NCBI RefSeq assembly: GCF_006345805.1 | Contig: NC_043001.1 | Location: 93,620,001-93,684,000 of the forward strand | Direction of reading: 5' to 3' | From: Octopus sinensis | Taxonomy: Eukaryota | DNA: 64,000 bases | Part shown: one piece after another, positions 1 to 12,943 of the stretch | Numbering within the stretch: the stretch's first letter is position 1 | How the letters are laid out: the number at the start of each line of letters is the position of its first letter | Position numbers and translations under genes: made by a program | The notes under the pieces: generated by a model | The model's database searches: none | The model's input: only the letters and a program-made list of their open reading frames with translations | What the model was told of the DNA's origin: nothing

Positions 1-632
1 CAACACGACCACCGCTACATGCAGGGGAAGCACTCCTCATCCTCCTACTACAACTACTACGACTACTACTGTTGCTTTAATGCTTTACTTTCTTCTGTTT
101 TTTTTTTTAGTTTCCTTTGATAGTTTTTCTTATGATGTTGGTAGCTTCATTGCTCAACAACATTGCGGCTTTGCAATATCTCATTGCATAAACATTTAGC
201 ATAAATCACCTCTGAAATATTGTTAATTAGTTTCTAAGCTAAATAATTTATTTTTTTCTTGAAATTCTGTTATTCGTACATGACTTGATATTTCGTCATA
301 CGGTTTTGTATCATTACCAGTTTATTTTTTTATTACTAGTAAAAAGTTTTCCATGTGAGAATGATATGCAATTAATTAAATGTAACAGTATACTTCATAA
401 ATATTGGATCATTAGTCTAAATATAATAATCATTGATAACTATCTACGCTGGCACGGCGGACTTTTAAGTATGCCCTTTAGCAGGCACAGGCTATGAAAT
501 GAATGGCTGGAAGTTACTTCTTCATTGGACGCTATTCTATTACACATAGAGAACATGCTGTTTTCATAAATCCATCCATCTATCTATCTATCCATCTATA
601 TATCTATCTATCTCTGGGTATATATATATATA

Positions 633-815
633 CATCTCTGCCTGCAACTGCCGAATTCATCTCCAGATATATTGACCGTGTCCTCGCCCCCCTAGTGGCT
701 TCCCTCCCCTCTCACATCCATGACACAAACCACGCACTTCTTTTGTTCAACTATTTCTCCTTCCGTCCAGGCCCCTCTAAACTTCTCTTCAATCTCGACA
801 TCCAGAGCCTTTCAC
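633..815 (+). mobile_element. Penelope-like (PLE) retroelement reverse-transcriptase fragment, degenerate
   Basis: Translates (one frameshift) as ISACNC-x-EFISRYIDRVLAPLVASLPSHIHDTNHALLLFNYFSFRPGPSKLLFNLDIQSL, matching the PLE RT pattern P-I-x-S-A-C-x-C-P-T-E...LxPLVxxLPSxIxDTxHAL...F-x-x-D-I-x-S-L (RT motif A). Recognised from memory; no search run. Confidence 0.65.
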
Positions 816-2867
816 ATTTAACTTCTATCATTTTCATTTTCAAAATATAAGATGATGGTCAACAATCACTCAAAACTCTTTAAAAGATAGGTAAGAAATG
901 AAATTAACGAAACATAAGGAATAATGTTCCATTGAACTGATACGGAAATTGCATTTGTTTCTTAATTGAAGATAGCCACTCATCCTGATAAAGACATGGG
1001 TAACAAAACATCCAATCGTTCATTCATTTACGATTCTTCAGTTTATTTAGTAAAATGAAAACAAGACGCATTTCTAGCGAATGAAATTTTTATGACTGAA
1101 ATATTGTCTAGTGATTTATATTGGTTTGTTATAATACACAAACCACTTCCGATCTATTCTAATGCATTTACTACCACGCAAATTTGTAACTCCACATGAT
1201 ATAACATTTATATGTAAGTAGTTATTCCAGTGTGTATTTATCAGCAACGAAATACATTTCCAGTAAACAGAGATTATTGTAAATATGTTCTTATCCATTG
1301 ATTTCTTGCATTAAAATTGATCAAGTTTATAGAAATGTCAAGTTCATGACATTCACAAGTTCATTAGAGGATTAGATAAAAGCTTCAGGCCAAAACAAAA
1401 CATGCTTCCATGTAAACCCAACAGTAACTCGTCTCTTCATTTTAGCGTTTGACGTGATCACTTATTTGCTCTTTAGTTTGCTTTATGAATGTGATATTTA
1501 TTTTGCATCTGTGGGTAATAGTTAAGGACACCGGCTAATAGCGGCAACAGCTCCCGAGCAATACACGTATTTATTAATATTTGCAATGGATGGAACCTGC
1601 ATTGTTAGGAACACTGTTGTTCTGAAGTCGCAAGCGGTTAGAACCTTCCATGATGAATTCTCTTTTATATTTGCTTCTCTTTTTGTCATCTCAAATCTCA
1701 AAGAAAACACTAAGCATTTAACCAAAACTTTGTTACCAAACACGCATATTTCTGAACATCTATTGATACATTGACATTTCCAGTTAACCTATATACAAAC
1801 TTTCAACCATTCAGATGAAACGGTAATACCATTAACATTAGCTGCCTATTTTATCACTAATATAAACATGAATGAATATATATACCGTATAATCCCTATG
1901 CCACAGACTATAAGGCATAGCAGAAATATATAGTTTAATGCATGCGATTCGATACTTCAGTATGGTTATGGTATAGGCATTTTCACTTAAATCAACGTTC
2001 CAAACTCTCAATCAACTATGTAGGCATGTGAACACAATCGACGTATTATAAATAACTGGTAAATACGTCTCAACTTCTATCTTTAAAAAAGGCAGATCCC
2101 GAACTATTGTGCTCCTAGATACGTAGTGTTAGTTCGAAATGGATGAAATATATTTGATAACATACGTGCTAGATCAGTTTTAGCCTTCGTATTAAAGAAT
2201 AGCAAGAACAATAAAACTTCCATGATGATGATGATGACAACTAACACCAACACACTACACATTAAAACAGTTGCCTGGTTCCCTTTGCAACGTCTCTTTG
2301 GGACATTTGTTTCCGTTTGTCTTCAAGTAATGCTCCTATATTTAATTCCTAAACGTCATATTTACTGGAATATCTTCATTGATTGCCTTCATATTTCCTG
2401 ATCGCAGAGACGGCACCCAGTAGATAACTGTCAATACTCTGCCTTCACATAAATGTACAAACCATCCCAGTATTTACCCAAATGTTGAGTATGTTATTTT
2501 TATTGCTGACAGAAAAATGTGCACAAAACGATTTTACTTGATATACGCCAATATTGAATATGGTAATGTTCCGGATAAATTTAGTTTTGTACTAGAATTA
2601 ACACATTGATTTTTGTTTCAGCAAAGATCAAAAGACTGCGTGCTGATTTTCTTCATGCCCTTTTCCAATTTTAGTCGATATGGCATTTACTAGAATTTGG
2701 AAATAGACAGGAAAAATCTCTGTTGATATTATTAAATTATTTTTCTTTCTGTTCTTCGAATTATCTTCCCTATCCAATTGTTGTTTTTATATTCATCAGC
2801 ATCATCAACATGATCACACTGCATTTATCATTACCATGTTGATGTGATCATTACAAGTGCAGCCATC

Positions 2868-2870
<3 letters not shown>

Positions 2871-2905
<35 letters not shown>

Positions 2906-3054
2906 CTCATCATCATCCTCATCGATATCACAATCATCTGTTTGAAAGAAATCATTATTATTAATCTTATTTGCCTCTTCTTCTTCTTCTTCTTCTTCTT
3001 TTTCTTCTTCACTATCATCATCATCATCACCATCACCACCATCATCACCATCAC

Positions 3055-3102
<48 letters not shown>
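2871..3102. repeat. Compound trinucleotide microsatellite (ATT)n/(TTC)n/(CAT)n
   Basis: Directly visible runs; source of the poly-M, poly-H and poly-I ORFs. Confidence 0.95.
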
Positions 3103-3103
<1 letters not shown>

Positions 3104-3489
3104 TCCCCCCCTTGCTTTCCGTGTTCGCTGAGAAAGCTAACGTTTTGCAGAGCTCTACTTAAAGATATTTACTACTAGGATTGCCTGACGCATAGAAGAA
3201 ATTCTTTTGAATTTTCAAAGTAACAAAGAAGTTTGAAAGATTTACCCGATCACCACTTTTCCCTATTTGAAAAGTAATTCATCCTTAGATATTTTAAATG
3301 TCTACATATATTTTTGCAATCTTCCATTTTGATTTGTTTCATGATTACAATATCTGAGTTAGATTAGAAAGCTGACATGCTACCAAAAAGTGGTATTCTA
3401 TCAAACACCAAGTTTCTGAAAACAGGAAAACGTTATACAATACTAGCACTATGACCCGGCAACGCAGAGTCAAAGGGCTACTGCCTGCA

Positions 3490-3765
3490 TATACAGCTGC
3501 GTGCGTGCACACATACACGCGAGTACTGTCCAAATCTCCGACCAATCACATACAGCTTGCTGGCAATTGGCGTATCAAGTTTCGGGCATTTTGATTGGGT
3601 TTTGGATAGAAAATTCACAAAAGAGTCACTTCTATTGATTTTTTTAATGGCTTTGCAGGGTGAGTGGGGAAATGTAAAGTTGTGCACGACCACCGTTGGA
3701 CGGTTTTAAATGACCATAGAAAGTGCGAGCCCTCTAACTGAAAACTTGTGGATTTGTATAAAGGA
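3490..3765. promoter_or_regulatory. Possible Pol II promoter-like island (three CCAAT boxes, TATA-like element)
   Basis: CCAAT at 3542, ATTGG at 3566 and 3594, TATAAA at 3757, in a locally CpG-richer non-repetitive stretch. No downstream exon identified. Confidence 0.25.
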
Positions 3766-4991
3766 CACACGCAGATATTTTTGCCGTTTATATATATAGA
3801 GATAAAAGGGAACTTTGGAATTTAGAGCACAATTCTAAGCACAAATAGACATAAGTTGACGGAGGAAAATGGAGTTCTATCGCAGACTTAATTATTTATA
3901 AGAAGAATTCTACCTACTGTGGTCAAACATTCTTTGGAAGCGTTACGATAGAAAAGGAGATAGTAAATCTCGGTCATCGAAAAAAATGCTTCTGTACCTG
4001 ACTTATTTTAAATGAAAATAACGAGGAATAAGTTTATGAATCTCGATTCCTCTCAAAACAGAGTGTCATTCCATGTGCTCTTCAAATAAGAGATGTAGGG
4101 AAAGCTGGCTGATGTATTACAAAAGGTACTCCCTCGATCAGAGTCGGGCACATGAAAAGAACGTGATTTCTTTCAAAACTGAGCTGAGAGTCTGTAAAGA
4201 CGTTAGTCAGATCAGATGCGTCATTCATTTTCTTACTGGCGGAATAAAAGGTTGCTGGAATTTTTCAGCCCCGTCTACAGGTATTGCTACGAGTATTGAT
4301 TCTCAGTTTGTTGTAATATTTGCGAACATCATGTGATCAGTTTGAGCTACGTCCAGATAATTCCCAACACCCGATTAATCCTCGATGAACAGGGGGTTAA
4401 GCAGTAGTTGTATTTTTGACGGAACGGAGAAATGAATCTATAGAGAAAGCGGAGTGGAAATTTACTGGTCATAATAGAGATGTCATGAGCGCCGGCGTGC
4501 GCCATTTCAGGTTTGAAATAAATCTTGGTTCTAAGGAAGAAAACTTGTCTCTGAGATGTACTGTTTATGTATCTGAGACACATAACCAGAAGATAGTACC
4601 AGCAGGGAATGTCACGAGTATCAGTTATAAATATTTCATGGTTTTAATAATCGTATGAAGATGTAATGTGTGTGAATACAAGTTGTACATACTCATGAGA
4701 ATATTTATAGTGACATATATCATAATGAAAATGCATAAAAAAATTTGTCAATACAAATGGAGACTGATCACTCACAGTCGTAAAATACACGTGCAGAATC
4801 AGACAAACTCAAATTAGAATTTGTGTTGCTCATATCAAAATCTAATAAATATCTATGAAAACACAATCAGAATTTGAATTTTAAAAAATCCTATATGTTT
4901 GTCTCCCTCTTCTAGTGCATTATGTACCGCTATCCGTCCAATCAATTCATCGCTGCCTCTCTCACACTTTCTCAATATCTCTCTTTCTTCC

Positions 4992-5093
<102 letters not shown>

Positions 5094-5540
5094 AATTTAT
5101 TTATCTGGCTGTGGATAAATAAATAGATGGTTATATATTTATATCTATGTCTTCCAATGCCTTCGCTTGTGTATGCGAGATTATATATCAGTAGATAAGT
5201 AAATATGTAGACGAGTATGTGTTTGCAATGTAGGTGACCTGTATACTGATTGTTATGAGGTCCCGACTGAATAGAAGTATAACTAAAAATAAGAATTAGT
5301 ACAATGCTTTTGGAATGAAAGCAATTAAATAAATCAATGTGAGGTGTCTATCATGGTTGTGCGTATTATGATTCCAAACAAGAAACATTATAATTACAAA
5401 ATTAAACAAAATCCCCCACTTCCCCTTCCACCACTCCTCTTCCTCCATCACCTCATCATCATTACCATCAGCAGCACCAGTCGCCGTAATAGTAGAGGTG
5501 GCAGTAAATACTAGAATAATATTGGCAACAACAGCGCGGT

Positions 5541-5728
5541 GCAGGCGCAATGGCCTAGTGCTAAGGGCAGCGGACTCGCGGTCGTAAGAACTCGGTTTCG
5601 ATTCCCAGACCGGGCATTGTCAATGTTTATTGAAGAAAAAACACCTAAGCTCCTCGAAGCTCCGGCGGGATGGGGTGGTGAACTCCGCCGTACTCTTTCA
5701 CCACAACTTTCTCTCACTCTTTCTTCCT
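5541..5728 (+). mobile_element. tRNA-derived SINE, family C, 5' part
   Basis: A-box-like TGGCCTAGTG and B-box-like GTTTCGATTCC; body (gctccggc...actcttt...caactttctctcac) shared with minus-strand copies at 46.4, 48.3, 48.7 and 58.7 kb. Confidence 0.75.
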
Positions 5729-5935
5729 ACTTCTGCCACAATGCAGAGAAACCATGGTGTTGTAAACTTTCAGACCCTAGTCTAGATTGCAAATCCTCTG
5801 TACCCCCAGGATGGTTCAACTCTCCACCCGTTAAATGCCACAACGTAGCTTTCGCGCCCATGCAACCGCTAGTCTATTGCGTGCGGTGGGTGGATCTTCA
5901 AGTTGCCAAACGCATTCTTAGTAGCTTAGAGTAGG
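5729..5935 (-). mobile_element. RTE-clade LINE fragment, degenerate
   Basis: Minus-strand translation gives ATKNAFGNLK ... KVYNTMV, resembling the post-RT RTE segment (A-x-x-AFGxL...TKLKVYxAxV); contains stops and frameshifts. Confidence 0.45.
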
Positions 5936-6104
5936 ATCGAATTAGAGATTATTCTATGTGGTTAATGACGTGAGTCCTGATTGGAAGAAGAAGAAGAATA
6001 CAACAGCGACATCGATGCACCTAAACATTAATCTCAATTAAATACAACATACCAGTTTCGCAGAGGCAAAACGATACTAATTTTATCCATGATAGTCGCA
6101 ATAC

Positions 6105-6300
6105 CTAAGATTTTATGGGAGGGAGCTAGTTGATTTTTATAGGGCCCCAGTGCTCCTGTGGCACTGATATTTATCGAACCCGAAATGATGAAACATCAAA
6201 ATGTACCTTGGTGGTATTTGAGCTCAGACCCTAAAGCGCTAGAAGAAATTCTGCTAAGCATTTTTTCCGTCGTGCTAACGATACTGCCAGCTCTCTGCTT
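6105..6300 (-). mobile_element. tRNA-derived SINE, family B, degenerate
   Basis: tttatcgaacccgaaatgatgaaa...gctaacgatactgccagctc matches the other family B copies in the window. Confidence 0.65.
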
Positions 6301-6543
6301 TTGCATATCTTAATAATAACATTAATTCTTTCAGTCGGTGAACAGGCAAAATCGTAAGCCCACTGCATAAAATGCATAGCGGTATTTCTTTCGACTTCAC
6401 ATTCTGAGTTAAAATTCCGTCGCCTTTGCCTTTCACCTGTTCGGGGACGATCAAATAAGTAACAGTTGCGTATGGGCACACGTGAATACATACACACACA
6501 CAAACATATATATATACAGGGGGGGGGGGAGATACGTGCGTAT

Positions 6544-6589
<46 letters not shown>

Positions 6590-6647
6590 ATATATTATAT
6601 ATATATATATATATACATATATATACATATATTTATATATATACATA

Positions 6648-7978
6648 TATATAAGAAAAAAGGTTTGAAAATGCAATTTAAACGATGTTTATTTACTTAA
6701 CCGGTTTCACTCTTTGGTAAAAGATTGTCAAAAGTTACATTTAAGGAAACATTGAATAATATGGGTTCAAAAAAGTTTTTTACATAATTGTCACATTGAG
6801 TATTATGCATTCAAAAAGGTTTTTACATAATTGTCACATTGAGTATTATGCATTCAAAAAGGTTTTTACATAATTGTCACATTGAGTATTATGCATTCAA
6901 AAAGGTTTTTACATAATTGTCACATTGGATATTATGAATTCAAAAATGTTTTTTTATACATAATTGTCACATTACATGTATAGATATAGTGTTTGGTAAC
7001 AGAGAAGTTCAATAGTGTGATGAGAATGTTTGGGAAAATTTGGCAGAAAAGGATAAAACAAATATATTATTGGGAATTGGTTGCGTTAATTATTGGTTGT
7101 CGCAAATTGTCACATTACATGTATATATATACAATCTTCGGTATATATATACAGCCTTTTGACAGCAAAAATTAGAATGGCTTTTTTATACATCTCAGAA
7201 TATTTTAAGTGTGTGTATATATGTGTGTGACAAACAGACGCTATCTGACCAGCGGGCACGAACACATCTATTCACACCCGCATACTAACCTCCTGATAAC
7301 CCCAAAATCATTCATGCATAAGGGGAAGTATACACCACATTGGCTACTTCCTCTGTTCTCTCAGTTCAGCCTTTCTGCTAATCCCAACAGGTCAGTAAAA
7401 AATATTTCTCGCCTTGTACTTAAAATATTCTGAGATGTATAAAAAAGCCATTCTAATTTTTGCTGTCAAAAGGCTGTATATATATACCGAAGATTGTATA
7501 TATATACATGTAATGTGACAATTTGCGACAACCAATAATTAACGCAACCAATTCCCAATAATATATTTGTTATCCTTTTCTGCCAAATTTTCCCAAACAT
7601 TCTCATCACACTATTGAACTTCTCTGTTACCAAACACTATATCTATACATGTAATGTGACAATTATGTATAAAAAAACATTTTTGAATTCATAATATCCA
7701 ATGTGACAATTATGTAAAAACCTTTTTGAATGCATAATACTCAATGTGACAATTATGTAAAAACCTTTTTGAATGCATAATACTCAATGTGACAATTATG
7801 TAAAAACCTTTTTGAATGCATAATACTCAATGTGACAATTATGTAAAAAATTTTTTTGAACCCATATTATTCAATGTTTCCTTAAATGTAACTTTTGACA
7901 ATCTTTTACCAAAGAGTGAAACCGGTTAAGTAAATAAACATCGTTTAAATTGCATTTTCAAACCTTTTTTCTTATATA
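6648..7978. repeat. Long inverted repeat (fold-back): arms 6648-7210 and 7418-7978, 207-bp spacer
   Basis: Arms are reverse complements; the differences I noticed are a 2-nt indel (ggataaaacaa vs ggataacaa) and one substitution. Flanked by (TA)n-rich tracts. Confidence 0.95.
6781..6975 (+). repeat. 43-bp tandem repeat (4-5 units) in left arm, mirrored at ~7651-7845
   Basis: Unit tacataattgtcacattgagtattatgcattcaaaaaggtttt starts at 6781, 6824, 6867 and 6910 (diverged), with a partial unit at 6957. Confidence 0.95.
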
Positions 7979-8015
7979 ATCCCACTCGTGCGATACCCCA
8001 CAACTCAACTTTTTT

Positions 8016-8037
8016 ATATATACATATATATATATAC

Positions 8038-8078
<41 letters not shown>

Positions 8079-8287
8079 TATACATATATATATACATATA
8101 TATATATACATATATATATACACACATATATATACATATATATATATACACATATATATACATATATACATATATACATACATATACATATATATACATA
8201 TATACATCCATATATACATACATATACATATATATATACATACTTATACATATATATATACATATATATATACATATATATATACAT

Positions 8288-8352
<65 letters not shown>

Positions 8353-8766
8353 ATGGTGTGTGTGAGAACAACACATATATTAATGTTTTTTGAGTAAATG
8401 GTTTTCAGTACATCCATTATGATAGACATATACAAAAACATTATCACTGTTCAACAAACCCTCATGGAGAGAAAATTTAAGTTGTGACTTTAAATAAGAG
8501 GGAACACTCGTGTACAATGCCCAGTTGTTCTTTTGATAACTTCTTTATTACTAATCGCTTATGTAGAGCGGTTAGGCATATTTGCATATTACAAAGTTTT
8601 CTGAACAAGCAGTTCAATTGAGAAAATACTGGCATTTTGACAATAACCTGTTACGATGCTACATAGTAGAACAGAGTATTCCGATAGATTGAGAACACTG
8701 TGTTTAATGGACACATGTAAATAACTTTGTACCTGTAAATAATATCTTCTTAGACATAAAAATCGG

Positions 8767-8799
<33 letters not shown>

Positions 8800-9047
8800 A
8801 TATATAATAATATGTGTGTGTGTTTGTGTATATATATGTATAATATATATATATATATATATATATAAATATATAATATATATATGTATAAATATATATA
8901 TATATTATATATATATATATATATATAAATATATATATAAATACATATATATATATGTATACATATGTTATATATATATATGTATATATATATATACATA
9001 TGTATGTATATACTATATATACATATGTGTGTAAATACACACCACAC

Positions 9048-9096
<49 letters not shown>

Positions 9097-9295
9097 TTGT
9101 GTATATATATGTATATATATATATTATATATATAAATATATATATATGTATAAATATATATATATATATATATATATAAATATATATATAAATATATATA
9201 TAAATACATATATATATATGTATACATATGTATATATATATATGTATATATATATACATATGTATGTATATACATATATATACATATGTGTGTAA

Positions 9296-9359
<64 letters not shown>

Positions 9360-9360
9360 A
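8016..9360. repeat. (TA)n/(TACA)n/(CA)n microsatellite fields, including a ~270-bp internal duplication (8815 vs 9085)
   Basis: Directly visible; interrupted by unique sequence at ~8360-8765. Confidence 0.9.
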
Positions 9361-10280
9361 TATCCTTCGTACAATCAATATAACTTTATAGGCATCGATC
9401 ATGTTGTGTAGAATCGATACGCAAAAATATCTTGTGCTATTTTGTTCCTTACCGGTTACTTTCTTTTACGCCCAGTTAGACTTGCCATTTGACTTGTCTT
9501 AATAGATCGATAACATGTGTAGTGGTGTCGCTATATTCGATTAATTCACTTGAACGCGTTTCCCAAGATGGCCGCAGCCCAATGACTGAAAACAGTAAAA
9601 GAGTATATGATTACATCTAAGAATACTTCACGAAGCCATCGCATGAGTTTAAATACATAGCAATTACTTGGTTGAATACTACATTATATTAGGTGTAAAA
9701 GATATTTCTTGTGGGTAAAAGTGAGTGTTCAGCTGTCAGCTTGTAATAATGACAATGGTTGAGATCATAAACTTCTTTATAACTACGGACACTCATTCAT
9801 GAGAACAGGAAACATGGCGATAACAATACTTTTAGGTTCCACACACACACACGCACATATATATATATACATACATATGCATGTATATATATATATATTT
9901 ACACACGCGCACGCGTATGCACACACATACACACACACAAACATATATATATGTGTGTATATATATATATATATATGTATTATATATATATATATATTAT
10001 ATATATATATATCTGTACATATATATATATATCTGTCAGTACTTATGAATGTATATAAATACGTTTACACACACACAAAGACGCACACATACATATGTAT
10101 GTGTCAGTACATAGAAATCAAACTGAACAATCGTTCAATCAAACTGAACGAAACACAATAACTCATACATTTGATTGTGCCGCTCTGTATCTGTAAAAAA
10201 CCAAATGCACGTGAGAGGCATGACCTACTTCTTCACGAATAACGATCGGTTGCGGTAGTAATACTCAAAACACCTAATTA

Positions 10281-11305
10281 CACTGGTCAACAACCAAAAT
10301 GCTTCTGAGACCAGAGTAGCAATTTCCAACTAATTTTAGGTCACTGATAATGAATATCATGGTTAAAACTCTTTTTTAGCTCTACTTTTCAAGATACACG
10401 TACGTGTCACAACAGGTTCAAACTGGCGTTCAGCAATGTGTTTCTTACCACACTCACAGTCTCACTGCATTCCAGTATTGTTCTAGCAGTCATAGGAGGT
10501 GGTTGTGCTGTACAAGTTTATATACTGAGGTGGAAGATAGGTGATTGTTCTAGTCAAACAGTTTTTAAACTTATAATAAATATTCATTGAGCAAGCTGTT
10601 GATATGCATGTGAGGCAGTTTATATTAATTCTGTTTTCCTATATAATGATATAAATAATTCTGCTAAGCTGTCATGCACTGTTTTATAATTATGAATTTG
10701 TGAATGAATTTTCTGTTTATTTGAAAATTATTTGTTGTATTTTTTCTTTCAGATGTCTTGCAATTGTATGAATAACGCAGACAACTTCTGCTACATTTGT
10801 GGTGAGGTGACCTTTGCATTGCAGAAGTACCGTATAAATGCTATGGTTAGAAAGGCATATCACCTATATTTTGGATGCAAGTTTGGCGTCCAGGATAAGA
10901 AGTGAGCTACTGACATATGCTGAAACACTTGTACTGCTAACATTCACCAATAACGTGGCGCCACCAAAAGGCCATACCAGCAAATAGTTATTTCTGCATG
11001 GTATCTCCAGTAAAAAAAGTGGCTTGTCAAAGATGAAAGGGAGTCCATCGAATATCCAAATATTCTATCAGCTATTCTCATGGAGAAGTTCTACATGTTC
11101 CTGATGCATCAACTTTGGTATCCTTTGAGTCAGATGAAGAAAGTGGTGAAGAAGAAGCAGATAGGGATGATAGTGCTAGATTACAGTGGACAGCATTTTG
11201 ATAAAGCACCATCCTCTAGAACACATCTCAGAACACAAGGTGAACTCCATGACATTGTCAGGGATCTACCACTGCCTAAGAATAAGGTAGAGCTGCTAGT
11301 GGTAT
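10281..11305 (+). mobile_element. Chapaev3-like (CMC) DNA transposon, left end plus decayed 5' transposase, 3'-truncated
   Basis: From ATG 10753: MSCNCMNNADNFCYICGEVTF...VRKAYHLYFGCKFGVQDKK*ATDIC*NTC, later IEYPNILSAI and TQGELHDIVRDLPLPKNKVELL, all typical of Chapaev3 transposases as I recall them. Putative terminus TTA|CACTGG at 10281; acceptor-like tttttctttcag directly before the ATG. Confidence 0.7.
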
Positions 11306-11709
11306 CGAACCTTCAAAACGCGGAGTAGATGAAACAGGGACAACTGAAGAGGGGAATATTCCTTATGTTGTATGTCTCATTTCTCTGTTTTTTTTCGTTT
11401 GAAAAAAGTTCGTTTCTATGATTTTGCTTTTATGCTTTCGATTCTTATTGTGTTCAAAATTTTGTTGGTGTCCTGTACCCATATATGCATGTATATATGC
11501 ATATATTTATATATTATTTATATTATCATATGATCGAAACGCATGCATTTTTCCAAGTAAGTTTTATATATATACGTATATGTCGATCGATGATAATGAG
11601 TTCTCAACACCGCAATGGTCGATATAATTTATTTGTGAATATTATTTATTTGTGAATTAAGGTTACCATTTGTATGTATCCTGGGGTCTTGACATGGCGA
11701 AGGGTGTAT

Positions 11710-11747
<38 letters not shown>

Positions 11748-11754
11748 ATATATA

Positions 11755-11870
11755 TACATACACACATACATACATACATACATACATACATACATACTAC
11801 ATACATACATACATACATACATACATACATACATACATACATACATACATACATACATACATACATACAT
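11755..11870. repeat. (TACA)n microsatellite
   Basis: Directly visible. Confidence 0.95.
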
Positions 11871-12373
11871 TTAGTAGTATTATTATAAATTCTTTGTTTG
11901 CCATAATGAAATTTAGGTGTGATTTTTACGAATTTAGTTATATAGATAATGGGCTGTTTAGAAACCTCCGAAGCTTAAAGATATTTATTATAGGTATGTA
12001 TCAATTAAAATTAAAATAAAACAGTCATAGTGATTTCAATTTTATTTTATGAGCACATCTAAGGACGATGTATATTCAAATAAACCTTGTTCACTAGACA
12101 TCTTTCGACGATAATATCTAGTGAGACAATAAACAAAAAAAATAAACAGCAAACAACTGAAAATCCGTTGAAAAATGTCTTCATAGAATTCCAGAATCAT
12201 ATTACTGCCAGTATAGATAATGGCGGCGCTGACGTAGAAAATTACCAATCCCAAGAATAAATCTGTTTAAAAATGTAATAAAATGTTTAATTTACATTTT
12301 TGCAAATAAATTCTGTCGTATCTAGAATATTCATTTATACAAATTGTTCAAGTTCTTTTTAATGACTCAATAT

Positions 12374-12500
<127 letters not shown>

Positions 12501-12769
12501 TCTATCTACTTATCTATGTACCTGTCTGTCTGTCTGTCTGTCTGGCTGTCTATCTGTCTGTATATCTATCCATCAGTCTATCGATTGATTGATGGATATA
12601 TATGTGTATCAATTGTGAAATTCACATAATACATAAGTATATGTTTAAATATATGTACAGACACAGGTACGCACATATATGAATATGTAAATGGAAATCA
12701 CAAACACACAAGCACACTCATATAGACATTTACACACACATACTCACATACACATATCTACATACACAC

Positions 12770-12811
<42 letters not shown>

Positions 12812-12943
12812 ATGAAATTTGTCGCTAAAAGCGTTCAATCGAGAGGCAAGCAAAACACTCCTTGACGCTATTACATTTACAACTAGGACAGGACAGTGCG
12901 CAGCCGATCACATCAGAGAGAACCTGTCAATCTTCGACTGTCT

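Noticed and set aside
1521-1780. Overlapping short ORFs in a GC-richer patch (ALLGT-like motif)
   Set aside because: Could be a TE remnant, but the motif is too short to assign; no supportable call.
6781-6975. Regular 43-bp repeats resembling a CRISPR array
   Set aside because: Units are contiguous with no unique spacers, no cas genes, eukaryotic context; a tandem repeat inside an inverted-repeat element.
11335-11565. Possible hammerhead: gggacaa-CTGAAGA-ggggaatattcct ... GAAAcgcatgca
   Set aside because: GAAA is ~200 nt away, stem II does not close and stem I pairing is poor; at most a PLE-type relic.
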